DNA of 64,000 nt from an uncultured Candidatus Saccharibacteria bacterium (GTDB lineage Bacteria > Patescibacteriota > Saccharimonadia > Saccharimonadales > JALRHH01). Position numbers and translations under genes: made by a program. Each line of letters opens with the position of its first letter. Position 1 is the first letter of the stretch. Below the pieces are notes generated by a model that saw only the letters and a list, made by a program, of their open reading frames with translations, made no database searches and was not told the DNA's origin. The stretch lies in assembly GCA_964639295.1 (NCBI GenBank), contig CAZXDT010000003.1, positions 65,304 through 129,303 on the forward strand. The letters run 5' to 3'. Positions 36,716 through 46,182 of this stretch are shown here, piece after piece.

Positions 36716-37612
36716 TTAGTTACCCTTTACTGCTTCATTAATACTAGTGGCGATTGCCTGCATCTTCTCGGTTACATAACTACCTGACGTAAGCTGCGGC
36801 AATGCATTCACTTCAAGTACAAGGTACGGCCTCATTCTATCAACCGATAGTAAAATATCAACCCCAGAAACTTCGCGGTGCAACAGCTTTGTTGCCCGGG
36901 TTGCTATCTCCAGCACCTCAGGGTCAATCTCATTCATTGGAACAATAGCCGCAGTCGCGCCCTGAGAAACATTATTCAGGTGTGTTGAACCGTCAGTTCT
37001 CGTTCGCTCAATCACCATAACTGGCTTTGAGTTTGCGCAGATAATACGCAGATCACTCTTGTTCTCAACAAACTTTTGTACAATAAACAGTTTGTCATTT
37101 TCTGTCAGGATCTTGCCTAGAGCGTCTTCACTCTCAACAAGATAGTTATCGGTACCTCTGCTCGCATTGACTGCCTTAGCAACAACGGGGAATTCTTCAA
37201 CAGATGTTGTTACAGACGCCCCGCTAAGACTGCACAGTGTGTCGGGGACAGGAACGCCACCGAGCCCCAAGATAACCATAGCCGACAACTTGCTCTTTGA
37301 ACGAGTCTTGGCCATTTCACTGTTCCACAATTCAACGTTGTGATGTGACAGATACGAAGCCACTGACAAAGCAAAGTCGACCATATTTGGCTTATACCAA
37401 CCCGCAGAGAATACCAGAGCTGCATCTTTTAGATCAAAGCCCGCTCCATCAACGACCGTCACTAAGCCATCTTTAATCTGGATGACTACATCTTCCCAAT
37501 ATACTAATCGAATAGTGGCGCCCACAACCGTTGTCGCAACGACACTTTGCATCTGGGCTAGATCGTTTTTTGTACCCGGGTTTTTGCTACCAAGCAATAC
37601 TACTGTTTTCAT
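36716..37612 (-). CDS. Second, divergent RimK-like ATP-grasp ligase
   Basis: ATP-grasp C-terminal motifs are retained (SDLRIICAN, HLNNVSQGA, GVDILLS...YLVLEVNALPQ). 2-nt gap to rimK. Confidence 0.8.
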   Translation of the reverse strand: MKTVVLLGSKNPGTKNDLAQMQSVVATTVVGATIRLVYWEDVVIQIKDGLVTVVDGAGFDLKDAALVFSAGWYKPNMVDFALSVASYLSHHNVELWNSEMAKTRSKSKLSAMVILGLGGVPVPDTLCSLSGASVTTSVEEFPVVAKAVNASRGTDNYLVESEDALGKILTENDKLFIVQKFVENKSDLRIICANSKPVMVIERTRTDGSTHLNNVSQGATAAIVPMNEIDPEVLEIATRATKLLHREVSGVDILLSVDRMRPYLVLEVNALPQLTSGSYVTEKMQAIATSINEAVKGN

Positions 37613-38883
37613 GATATTACTCCTGGGGCTAACAGCCGCTTAAACTCGTCTTTGGTTAATAATTTTGCTTCTAACATTTTCCATACTTTTATATTTCCGG
37701 CTAAGTAACATATATCTTTGTGGTAGATTACGCCTCGTTCATTCGGGAGCCCTCCCCGGAAAATCCGTGCACATTCCTTAAAGGCTCTCTTCTTGGCTGA
37801 CAACTCGTCAACCCCTGTTTGCAGTTGAACAACCCGCCATACTACCCTAAATACCTCAGTAAAGTCACGTTTTTCACCATCTAGTCCCAGCGCAAGCCCT
37901 GCAATCAAGTATCTAAACGTACGTTTATGCGTGAAACGGCTAAGGCTGAGCTGTTCTAAAGCAACCGCAAGACCTTCTTCACCCTCGGCGAACGATTCTG
38001 TCTCGAGCCTTCGGCGAACCGTCTGCTCAAGTGACTCACCGATAGATCTCGTAACGTGTAACCCAAGCTCGTGCAAGAGCAACTGCCTCAACTTGCTCTT
38101 ATTATCAATCTTTATCAACGTTCCTACACAAACTTGTTTGGTGCGATGTGACACTCGAACGTGGGGCAACCCAATGAGTGTAACTGCCTGCCATTTTTCG
38201 TCAGTAGCAGAGATTTTTTCAAGTGCGGTCTGGAAAATTTCTACCAATCCCTCGCTATGGTATGGGCCTTCTGGGAGCTCATCTATAAATGCCAATAGAT
38301 CAGCGAAAATATCATTGGTAAATTCTCTATAGTGCCTGAAAGTCTCGGGACTTGGGCGGAATAGAGGCCTTAGCTGCATGACTGCATGTGGGATGAAGCC
38401 CTTAATCTCCTCAACCAACCGTAGCGCTTCGGGATCCTTCAAGGTGCGTGGGTGTACAAGAATCTTTTGTACAATACCAGCAAATATTTCTTCTGTGGGT
38501 ACGTCATATAAATCTTCATTTAATTCACGAAGTATACGGATGTTATCAATCTTGGTATCAGGATTCTTAGCATATTTTGCATGGAAGAACGCCTCAAGCA
38601 TCTCAGTTTCCTGTATGCGACGATTCAAGAAACTACGAATGATATCTACTTCTCCTACTGGTGCTTCAACCTCAACTGCATCAAGATGTGCCTGAAGCTG
38701 ATTTTTGCGCTCTTTAAGGTGAGTCAACGAAAGCCATTCTGGATAGCTAAAGTCAGGGTTCTCTGTTTCGTTTGTCTCCAAGAAACGCTGCAACGCTGCT
38801 TCGTAATTAGTTATTTTGAGGTATACATAGGGAGCATCTGGGAATACACTCAATAATTTTTGGAGGCTCATATGATGTGACAT
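37609..38883 (-). CDS. DUF1704/MATCAP-like metallocarboxypeptidase-fold protein (QEGLA-motif family), paralog 1
   Basis: HELGLH (HExxxH) followed by EGEEGLAVALEQ. Size and helical N-terminal region are typical of DUF1704. Confidence 0.75.
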   Translation of the reverse strand: MSHHMSLQKLLSVFPDAPYVYLKITNYEAALQRFLETNETENPDFSYPEWLSLTHLKERKNQLQAHLDAVEVEAPVGEVDIIRSFLNRRIQETEMLEAFFHAKYAKNPDTKIDNIRILRELNEDLYDVPTEEIFAGIVQKILVHPRTLKDPEALRLVEEIKGFIPHAVMQLRPLFRPSPETFRHYREFTNDIFADLLAFIDELPEGPYHSEGLVEIFQTALEKISATDEKWQAVTLIGLPHVRVSHRTKQVCVGTLIKIDNKSKLRQLLLHELGLHVTRSIGESLEQTVRRRLETESFAEGEEGLAVALEQLSLSRFTHKRTFRYLIAGLALGLDGEKRDFTEVFRVVWRVVQLQTGVDELSAKKRAFKECARIFRGGLPNERGVIYHKDICYLAGNIKVWKMLEAKLLTKDEFKRLLAPGVIS

Positions 38884-38896
38884 GGTAAGCCTTATT

Positions 38897-40285
38897 TTAC
38901 TGACGTGTCTCTAAAACACCAAGCTTGCCAAGTGCTTCAGTATGTCTGTCATTTGCTATATCGTACTTGCCTAGATCACCACTTTCAATGTTGTACACAT
39001 CGGCTTCTGCAGCTTTCCAGCTTGCGACATTACCTTCTAGGTACACAATATCCTTTCGGTACGCACCGCCTGTTCCGTCCGTACCCTTTAGTACTCTCTC
39101 GAGTAAGCTCCAGGTACGAGTGTGGGCTTTTGCGTCAGCAGCATCAGGATCATCTGGATTCTTTTTACGTTCCCATAGTTTATCAATTGCGTTGACTGCT
39201 TTGTAGACACTCGGGAAATCAACAGCATCATCCTTCAATCCAGTTGCCAACGAAATTGCAAAGTGTCGACGAAGCACATCTTGCCAGCGAATCAGCTTAG
39301 AGAACTCAGCAATGTCCGGGTATACTACTTGCTCGCGCAGTAATGCTCTACCTTCGTTACCGGCTTCATATCTATCAAGGCCAATTGCCATTAACTGGAG
39401 CTTTGAACGCATACCATTAACGTACTCAAGTATATGACTGCCTGCTTCATGACCTGCGGGTAGCCCAATAAATCGGTTTACGGGAAGCTTATAGTCAAGC
39501 GGACCAAGGAATTCTTTGCGCGCATGTGAAATAGCCCATGACTTGCCTGTTGGGTTTTCAGCACGACTATATCCCGCTTCTAGATTATGGAGGATTCGCT
39601 CGAGGGCTGGTTCGCCAACATCAGGGCCAACTGTACCAGAATCAGGCAGCTCTACGCCGCTCAGTAGTAAGGCATAAAATCCGGTTTTGCGGTAGTGTAG
39701 CTCGCGTACTGCGCCAAATAATTCGGGTGATGGAGTAAGCGAAGTTTCACTCTCCGGGATGCCATCAACAACTGCCAGAACCTCAGCAGCTGCTTCACGT
39801 ACGTTTGGGTTATCATGGTCTAAGCTAGCCTGTGCATCAGCCCTAAAGCTACCAGCTGTTGCTCTAAAAACCTCGGTGCTTGGAGTACCGTATACAAACT
39901 TGTTGTACACCTCAAAACGACGCGTATCACCTGTTGCAGCTGCTTGTACTATGCGATTCTCGGCAACTAGTTCGTTGATACGCCAACGATATAACTGGGC
40001 TACGGTAGGATCCGTGTCTTCGTCTATACCCGTGCGGCCGAGTTGTATTAAGGCTTTATTACGTGATTCAATTTGATCTACGTCAACAGTAGTAGGACGT
40101 AGGTCTGGTGCTTGCTGCATGCCTGAGTCATAAAATGCCTGTTTTTGTTCCGCAAGGGTCGTCGCATCGGGCAATAATGCTTCGCTTACGGACATTGTGC
40201 CCTGTTGCTCAACTAAACGTGAAAAAAGCTCCTCATCAATACTTTGCTGAGGTTCAATTAACAAAGAAGCACGTTCGGATATCAT
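38897..40285 (-). CDS. DUF1704/MATCAP-like metallocarboxypeptidase-fold protein, paralog 2
   Basis: HEAGSH (HExxxH) followed by AGNEGRALLREQ. The C-terminal YRKDIVYLEGN matches YHKDICYLAGN of paralog 1. Confidence 0.72.
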   Translation of the reverse strand: MISERASLLIEPQQSIDEELFSRLVEQQGTMSVSEALLPDATTLAEQKQAFYDSGMQQAPDLRPTTVDVDQIESRNKALIQLGRTGIDEDTDPTVAQLYRWRINELVAENRIVQAAATGDTRRFEVYNKFVYGTPSTEVFRATAGSFRADAQASLDHDNPNVREAAAEVLAVVDGIPESETSLTPSPELFGAVRELHYRKTGFYALLLSGVELPDSGTVGPDVGEPALERILHNLEAGYSRAENPTGKSWAISHARKEFLGPLDYKLPVNRFIGLPAGHEAGSHILEYVNGMRSKLQLMAIGLDRYEAGNEGRALLREQVVYPDIAEFSKLIRWQDVLRRHFAISLATGLKDDAVDFPSVYKAVNAIDKLWERKKNPDDPDAADAKAHTRTWSLLERVLKGTDGTGGAYRKDIVYLEGNVASWKAAEADVYNIESGDLGKYDIANDRHTEALGKLGVLETRQ

Positions 40286-40298
40286 GCGATATACTATA

Positions 40299-40883
40299 CT
40301 ACATTTTTATAGTATTTGCAAGGGTAATCTTCTCTAGTAGCGCATTCAGCACGTTGTGCGCATTTGAGCCGTCTTGAAGTACTTCTGGGTGGAACTGAAA
40401 TCCCCAAATAGGACGGGTTTTATGTCGCATAATATCTATACCTGTATCACTCTCCAGAAGACTCTCAAAATTGTCAGGTGGCGCAGTGACCACCCACCCA
40501 TGAGACTTATATGCACGGAGTGACTCTCCCTCTTGAAGCCCTAAATCTTCGTTGCTTTTGGTTATTGGTATGTCAACTACGTCTTTGTGATATGTAGGCA
40601 TTTTTTGCAACTCTCCACCGAACGCACAGACAATAAGCTCTAGACCAAGACATATCCCCACAAGTGGTCCTTGGTGCTGCTTGATTAAATCAATTTCAGA
40701 CTGATAACGGCTTCGGTGATCATATACATCCAATGGACCGCCAGAAAGTACTACTATTGCGCCCAAAGGGATACTGTCTGCGGATAGCTCTGTGATAGGT
40801 ACAATGGTTATCTCGGCGTACTGTCCAGCTAACGCCACTATCTCATCTACGTGTATTGATCCATTATCAACAACGTATATCAT
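40299..40883 (-). CDS. Class-I glutamine amidotransferase-fold protein (GATase1 / peptidase C26-like)
   Basis: Nucleophile elbow GICLGLE and the catalytic His-Glu motif FQFHPE. Confidence 0.8.
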   Translation of the reverse strand: MIYVVDNGSIHVDEIVALAGQYAEITIVPITELSADSIPLGAIVVLSGGPLDVYDHRSRYQSEIDLIKQHQGPLVGICLGLELIVCAFGGELQKMPTYHKDVVDIPITKSNEDLGLQEGESLRAYKSHGWVVTAPPDNFESLLESDTGIDIMRHKTRPIWGFQFHPEVLQDGSNAHNVLNALLEKITLANTIKM

Positions 40884-40889
40884 TTGACC

Positions 40890-41000
40890 CTACTTGCTAG
40901 CTACTCGGGTGTAAGCTAGGGCAATCACTGCGATTATGATCACCAAAATGGTAATAATCATCGGGATAAACCCGTTTTGATTTTGTTTCAGCTTATGCAT
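40890..41000 (-). CDS. Untracked 36-codon ORF encoding a single-TM peptide (MHKLKQNQNGFIPMIITILVIIIAVIALAYTRVASK), first gene of the ATP-grasp operon
   Basis: ATG at 41000 and TAG at 40890-40892, only 6 nt before the amidotransferase ATG. The hydrophobic core is flanked by basic residues. It is below the ORF-track length cutoff. Confidence 0.4.
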   Translation of the reverse strand: MHKLKQNQNGFIPMIITILVIIIAVIALAYTRVASK

Positions 41001-41041
41001 ATTAGCTATAGTATATCGTAATCGCGCAAGATGGTGTACCC

Positions 41042-42139
41042 CTAGCTAAAGAGGCCGGATTTCTTGTTGTTTTTGAATTCTTGGAGGAGTTCTTGCTGCT
41101 TTTTGCTGAGTTTAGTCGGAGTTTCTACGGTTATTGTCACAATGTGGGCACCGCGGGTTTCTTTGCGCATGTGCGTAACGCCGTGATTTGAAAGTTTAAA
41201 GTCTGTACCGCTTTGTGTACCCGCTGGGATCTTCATCTTGATAGGGCCATCGACAGTATCAACTTCTATCTCTGTACCGAGGGCAGCATCAACCATGCCG
41301 ATTGTTTCTTCTGATAGGATAAGGTCACCTTCGCGGGTGAACTTTTTGTGTGGCTTAACCCGAACATTTACGTATAAGTCGCCTTTGGGGCCATTGGCAA
41401 TCGCTTCACCACGCTCGCGCAGGCGAATAGTGGAGCCATCGTCAATACCAGCTGGGATTTTGAGCCCAACTTTCTGTGTTTTGCGTTGCGTACCAGTGCC
41501 GTGGCAGACTGTACAGACTTTTTCCGGGACCTTGCCTACACCATGACACTTGTCACAGACCGCAGCCTGCTGAATGTCACCAAACATCGTACGCATGATG
41601 CGGACAGTTTGGCCGGAGCCCTTACACTTGTCACAAGTCTTCATGTCGTGACCCGGTTCTACGGTTTTGCCCTTACAGTGTTCGCATGTGTCATCTAAGT
41701 TAAGGCTGAGCTCTACTTCTGTGCCAAATACGGCATCCTCGAAAGTAATCTCTACAGCCGTTTCTACATCATGGCCGCGGTTGCGACGCTGCTGTTGCTG
41801 CTGGCCACCGCCGAAGAAGCTACCAAATATGTCACCAAGTCCTAGGTCGCCAAAATCAAAATTGACGTTCTGTCCCTGTCCGCCAAATCCACCAAAACCT
41901 TCGTATGGATTACCGCCACCATTGCCACCTACTCCGGCGTGGCCGAATTGATCGTAACGCTGCCGTTTGCTGCTGTCTTTGAGCACTTCGTAGGCTTCGT
42001 TGATTTCCTTGAACTTTGCTTCATCACCGCCCTTATCTGGGTGATGCTCAATAGCAGCACGGCGGAAAGCCTTTTTCAGCTCGTCCGCGGATGCGTCTTT
42101 TTTGACACCTAAAACTTCGTAGTAATCTCTTTTTGCCAT
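41042..42139 (-). CDS. dnaJ: Chaperone DnaJ
   Basis: J domain with HPD, a G/F-rich linker and four CxxCxGxG zinc-finger repeats. Confidence 0.97.
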   Translation of the reverse strand: MAKRDYYEVLGVKKDASADELKKAFRRAAIEHHPDKGGDEAKFKEINEAYEVLKDSSKRQRYDQFGHAGVGGNGGGNPYEGFGGFGGQGQNVNFDFGDLGLGDIFGSFFGGGQQQQQRRNRGHDVETAVEITFEDAVFGTEVELSLNLDDTCEHCKGKTVEPGHDMKTCDKCKGSGQTVRIMRTMFGDIQQAAVCDKCHGVGKVPEKVCTVCHGTGTQRKTQKVGLKIPAGIDDGSTIRLRERGEAIANGPKGDLYVNVRVKPHKKFTREGDLILSEETIGMVDAALGTEIEVDTVDGPIKMKIPAGTQSGTDFKLSNHGVTHMRKETRGAHIVTITVETPTKLSKKQQELLQEFKNNKKSGLFS

Positions 42140-42158
42140 CTGTTACTATGATACTAAT

Positions 42159-42185
42159 TTGGCACTCAAAAGTCTAGAGTGCCAG
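42159..42185. promoter_or_regulatory. CIRCE-like HrcA operator upstream of dnaJ
   Basis: TTGGCACTC-N9-GAGTGCCAG, compared with the consensus TTAGCACTC-N9-GAGTGCTAA. Confidence 0.75.
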
Positions 42186-42189
42186 CAAG

Positions 42190-42828
42190 CTAAAAACCAA
42201 GCTTGGGACCAAAGTAGTACCAAAATTCCCACAAAATGAGACATGTAATGGTCAAAAACCAGACAAATAGAATATCGTGCTGATATTTCCGTATAAACTT
42301 AGTTGCTTTACTCCGGAGGCTACCAATATGCCCTTCTGCCAGCATATATTGCAAGGTGTACCACGTACTAAGGCTAAGTACGATCCACACAGTCATACAG
42401 TAAATGCATATAGCGCCAATCACAAAGATACTTTGCTGCATGAGAAAGAGGGTAAATGCTACGCTACCTAACACTTGTAAGCCCCATAATTTCCAAAACC
42501 AGGATTTCATCCGTGCACCAGCCAACAGCACTAGACCAAGCAGCGCTTGGGCAGCAAAACTAGCCAATCCCATAATAGGGTTCGGAAATCCAAACTGAGT
42601 AGCGGTAGGGCTAGACATCACTGGTCCACAGCTAAGGATTGGATTGATACTACAACTCAGTTGGTGATTTGGGTCTTTGAGCAGGGCTATGTGCTCTATC
42701 AGTAGAACAAATGATGCCGCAAAACCAATTACAGCTGTAATAATGAGTATGTACGGAAGAACCTGTTGGATTTTATATCCAAATACAAGCTGTTTCCAGC
42801 CGTTTGGACTAACTTTTTTTTGGACCAT
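42190..42828 (-). CDS. Vitamin K epoxide reductase (VKOR) family membrane oxidoreductase
   Basis: Loop cysteine pair CSINPILSC and the active-site CIYC (CxxC) in a TM helix. Five TM helices. Confidence 0.8.
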   Translation of the reverse strand: MVQKKVSPNGWKQLVFGYKIQQVLPYILIITAVIGFAASFVLLIEHIALLKDPNHQLSCSINPILSCGPVMSSPTATQFGFPNPIMGLASFAAQALLGLVLLAGARMKSWFWKLWGLQVLGSVAFTLFLMQQSIFVIGAICIYCMTVWIVLSLSTWYTLQYMLAEGHIGSLRSKATKFIRKYQHDILFVWFLTITCLILWEFWYYFGPKLGF

Positions 42829-42891
42829 CCCAGCAATTGTATACCACTTTACTGTGAGTAAACTGTGATCTGGCTCAAGTATTTTTGGTAA

Positions 42892-44829
42892 CTATTCCTT
42901 TTTGTCGTCTTTGTCGTCTACGACTTCACCTTCTACGGGTTCGTCTTTATCAGATTTCTTGTCGTCTTTCTTTTCTTCTGATGCTTCTTCGCCTTCGGCT
43001 GGAGCTTCTGCCGCTTGGGCTTGTTCGTACATTTTGGCACCGATTGGCATAATCTTGTCAGTCAGTTCTTTGGCTGCTGCTTCAAGTGCATCTTTGTCTG
43101 CCTTTTCGTCTGCAACAACTTTCTTTGCCGCTTCTACTGCTTCGTCCAATGACTTAACATCCTCTTCTGCGATCTTGTCCTTATTGTCTGACTTCATTTT
43201 CTCTGCCTGATAGATAGCGCTGTCTAGTTGGTTGCGGGCATCGATTGCTTCACGTTTTTTCTTGTCGTCTTCAGCGTGGGCTTCGGCTTCTTTAGCCATT
43301 TTTTCGACTTCTGTCTTGTCCAAGCTACCACTGCCCTGAATGGTAATGTTCTGTTCTTTGCCAGAACCTTTGTCTTTGGCAGTAACGTTCAAGATACCGT
43401 TTGCGTCGATGTTAAAGGTCACTTCAATTTGTGGTACGCCACGTGGTGCAGATGGGATCCCATCAAGCACAAAACGGCCGAGTGACTTGTTATCACTGAC
43501 GAGCTCGCGCTCACCCTGAACAACATGGATTTCTACCTGTGGCTGGTTGTCAGCTGCAGTACTAAACACTTCTGATTTGCTAGTTGGGATGGTTGTGTTT
43601 CGCTCGATGAGCTTCGTTGCAACACCACCAAGTGTTTCGATACCAAGTGAAAGTGGAGTTACATCAAGAAGAAGTACGTCCTTAACATCACCTTGCAACA
43701 CACCACCCTGGATAGCAGCACCAACGGCTACAACTTCGTCGGGGTTTACGCCCTTCATTGGGTCTTTACCAAAGATAGCTTTGACCTTTTCTTGAACGGC
43801 TGGCATACGAGTCATACCACCAACTAATACTACGGCGTCGATGTCGCTTGCCTTGAGGCCAGCGTCTTTAAGCGCCTTTTCACAAGGATCTGCGGTCTTG
43901 TCGACGAGATCACCAACAAGGCTTTCCAGCTTGGCACGAGTCAACTTGTGCTCAAAGTGCTTTGGACCATCTGCATCTGCGGTCAAGAATGGGAGGTTGA
44001 TAGTGATTTCGTTGGTTGTAGAAAGTTCAATCTTGGCCTTTTCTGCTTCGTCACGGAGACGTTGCATAGCTGCGTTGTCGTCAGTAATTGCAATGCCGTG
44101 TTCCTTCTTGAACTCGTCTGCAAAGTAGTTAACGATTACGCGGTCAAAGTCGGCACCACCAAGGTGAGTATCACCGTTAGTAGACTTAACTTCAAACACG
44201 CCATCACCAAGCTCGAGGATAGATACGTCGAAGGTACCACCACCGAGGTCGTATACAGCGATCTTCTCGTCTTTTTTGTCGGCTTTATCAAGACCGTATG
44301 CAAGTGCTGCAGCAGTTGGCTCGTTGATAATACGCTTAACTTCTAGTCCGGCGATCTTACCAGCATCTTTGGTTGCATGGCGCTGAGAATCGTCAAAGTA
44401 TGCAGGAACAGTAATAACTGCTTCTGTTACTGGCTCACCTAGGAAAGCTTCCGCATCTGCCTTGAGCTTGCTCAGAATCATAGCACTGACTTCTTCTGGG
44501 CTGTACTCTTTGTCACCCATTTTTACTTTGGTACTGTTGCCAGACTTGATGATTTCGTAACCCATAAGTTTGAGGTCACGCTGAACTTCTTTGTCATCAA
44601 AGTTACGTCCAATGAGGCGCTTTACTTCGTAGATAGTGTTTTTAGGGTTAGTCACCTGCTGGCGTCGTGCCACCTGACCAACCAGACGTTCGCCGTTCTT
44701 ATTAACAGCTACAACGGATGGTGTTGTGCGGTTGCCTTCTGAGTTTGCAATAATTTCTGCTTTGCCAGCCTGCATGACAGCCATAGCTGAGTTAGTTGTA
44801 CCTAAGTCGATACCTATAATTTTTCCCAT
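42892..44829 (-). CDS. dnaK: Chaperone DnaK (Hsp70)
   Basis: [17 protein letters not shown] and the full Hsp70 architecture. Confidence 0.98.
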   Translation of the reverse strand: MGKIIGIDLGTTNSAMAVMQAGKAEIIANSEGNRTTPSVVAVNKNGERLVGQVARRQQVTNPKNTIYEVKRLIGRNFDDKEVQRDLKLMGYEIIKSGNSTKVKMGDKEYSPEEVSAMILSKLKADAEAFLGEPVTEAVITVPAYFDDSQRHATKDAGKIAGLEVKRIINEPTAAALAYGLDKADKKDEKIAVYDLGGGTFDVSILELGDGVFEVKSTNGDTHLGGADFDRVIVNYFADEFKKEHGIAITDDNAAMQRLRDEAEKAKIELSTTNEITINLPFLTADADGPKHFEHKLTRAKLESLVGDLVDKTADPCEKALKDAGLKASDIDAVVLVGGMTRMPAVQEKVKAIFGKDPMKGVNPDEVVAVGAAIQGGVLQGDVKDVLLLDVTPLSLGIETLGGVATKLIERNTTIPTSKSEVFSTAADNQPQVEIHVVQGERELVSDNKSLGRFVLDGIPSAPRGVPQIEVTFNIDANGILNVTAKDKGSGKEQNITIQGSGSLDKTEVEKMAKEAEAHAEDDKKKREAIDARNQLDSAIYQAEKMKSDNKDKIAEEDVKSLDEAVEAAKKVVADEKADKDALEAAAKELTDKIMPIGAKMYEQAQAAEAPAEGEEASEEKKDDKKSDKDEPVEGEVVDDKDDKKE

Positions 44830-44831
44830 TA

Positions 44832-45077
44832 TTATTTCTCCTTTTTCTTAACTATAGTTCTGTAGTTTGCCGCTAATACCCTGCCATCTTCCATGGCAAC
44901 AATAAACTTGCCCGCAGCTACTCCTGTTTCACTCTGTTGTGCCTCGGTCATCATACGCTCAGCCTGTGAACTTAGCGCAAGTGTTACTTGAGATTGCTCT
45001 AGACGATCTAGACTATCGTAGTCAGTCAGCATTGAAGCATCTGCTTCTGGGTCAAGCTTCCCTAGTACTTCAGGCAT
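44832..45077 (-). CDS. Hypothetical 81-aa acidic protein translationally coupled to dnaK
   Basis: AAGGAG SD upstream. Its stop is 2 nt before the dnaK ATG and its last codons carry the dnaK SD. Confidence 0.55.
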   Translation of the reverse strand: MPEVLGKLDPEADASMLTDYDSLDRLEQSQVTLALSSQAERMMTEAQQSETGVAAGKFIVAMEDGRVLAANYRTIVKKKEK

Positions 45078-45092
45078 GAATCTACTCCTTAA

Positions 45093-45119
45093 CTAGCAGT
45101 GACTCTATTAGAGTGCTAA
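45093..45119. promoter_or_regulatory. Imperfect CIRCE operator (downstream operator of a tandem pair)
   Basis: CTAGCAGTG-N9-GAGTGCTAA. The right half is perfect and the left half matches 6/9. Confidence 0.6.
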
Positions 45120-45123
45120 TACA

Positions 45124-45151
45124 ATTGTAGCATAAAATAATTAGCACTCAA
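45124..45151 (-). promoter_or_regulatory. Sigma-70-type promoter of the dnaK transcription unit
   Basis: The minus strand reads TTGAGT, 16 nt, then TACAAT. The -35 lies inside the perfect CIRCE and the second CIRCE covers the start-site region. Confidence 0.55.
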
Positions 45152-45167
45152 GTACCTAGAGTGCTAA
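45141..45167. promoter_or_regulatory. Perfect CIRCE operator
   Basis: TTAGCACTC-AAGTACCTA-GAGTGCTAA is an exact match to the consensus. Confidence 0.92.
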
Positions 45168-45181
45168 TTTCAAGCCTTCGC

Positions 45182-45412
45182 TTAGGTTAGCTCGCGGTCA
45201 ATGCAATCCCGAGCAAAAAGTGCAAATAGGCGAGCATGATGAGGGGCAACTCCCCGCTGTTCAATAAGTCGTTGCTCTAGGGTCTGCTCAGGGTCATGTA
45301 TTGATCTATACATCTCATCATCGTTGTAATAACACGTGAAGAAATCAGTTGATTCAAGTGATATTGGTCCGGAGGTTGGATCGAATAGACCAAATGGAGA
45401 TATCTGAGTCAT
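45182..45412 (-). CDS. Hypothetical 76-aa protein downstream of grpE
   Basis: An ORF inside the heat-shock cluster. No motif. Confidence 0.45.
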   Translation of the reverse strand: MTQISPFGLFDPTSGPISLESTDFFTCYYNDDEMYRSIHDPEQTLEQRLIEQRGVAPHHARLFALFARDCIDRELT

Positions 45413-45454
45413 AATGAATGGTAATTGTAGCCGTTTCGCCGCGAATTACAAGCT

Positions 45455-45913
45455 CTATTGAATCTTGACCCTAACCATTGCGTGGCGGATGATTTCGTCA
45501 CCTAGCTTATAACCTGCCTGAAGCTCTTCGCTAACGACTTCAGTAGTACCATCACCATCTTCCATACTGACGGCTTCGTGGAGTACGGGGTCAAAAACTT
45601 CACCAACAGTCTTGATACGATTAACACCGATAGTTTCTAATGTCTTTTCAAACTGAGCGACAACGCCCTTAACACCCTTTATGTAATCGTTACCTTTTAA
45701 CTCTTGTGGCACGTGCTTGAGTGCACGTTCAAAGTTATCAATAACAGGCAGTAGATCTCGAACGACATTTGCTTTAACAATAGTCTTAAGATTAGCTGTT
45801 TGCTCGTCATGACGGCGACGGACATTAATCACATCAGCACGTTCACGTTGTAGCGCCTCTGTTAATTCGGCAATTTTTTCTTCGTACTCTTTGGGTGTAG
45901 GTTTCTTGGTCAT
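45455..45913 (-). CDS. grpE: Nucleotide exchange factor GrpE
   Basis: Long N-terminal helix followed by ...DNFERA... and a C-terminal beta domain (FDPVLHEAV...GYKLGDEIIRHAMV). Confidence 0.93.
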   Translation of the reverse strand: MTKKPTPKEYEEKIAELTEALQRERADVINVRRRHDEQTANLKTIVKANVVRDLLPVIDNFERALKHVPQELKGNDYIKGVKGVVAQFEKTLETIGVNRIKTVGEVFDPVLHEAVSMEDGDGTTEVVSEELQAGYKLGDEIIRHAMVRVKIQ

Positions 45914-46182
45914 CGTTCGATTCCTTGTAGTGACAATAATTCACCTGCGAGCGCACTGCATCGAACTTTCGCTTCGTGAGTCATCGCCTTAAATGTTTCG
46001 TCGTCTGTGCTCTCACGTATTTGCTCTACCTGATCATCAATGATTTCCTGCTCGCCCAATAAACGCTCAAATGTGTTTGCATCCTGTGGATCTTCGTAGT
46101 CCCCTTCGGACGTGACATCTAAGACGCTGTTAACTAGGTGAAGCTCCATAAGTGTGTAGATCCCCTCTTCGGAACTAGGCAT
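45910..46182 (-). CDS. Hypothetical 90-aa acidic protein between hrcA and grpE
   Basis: Overlaps hrcA by 8 nt and grpE by 4 nt, consistent with translational coupling. Confidence 0.5.
   Translation of the reverse strand: MPSSEEGIYTLMELHLVNSVLDVTSEGDYEDPQDANTFERLLGEQEIIDDQVEQIRESTDDETFKAMTHEAKVRCSALAGELLSLQGIER

Noticed and set aside
45413-45454. Imperfect hairpin in the grpE-to-76-aa-ORF spacer, considered as an attenuator or terminator.
   Set aside because: The stem is interrupted and there is no T-tract, so it is too weak to call.
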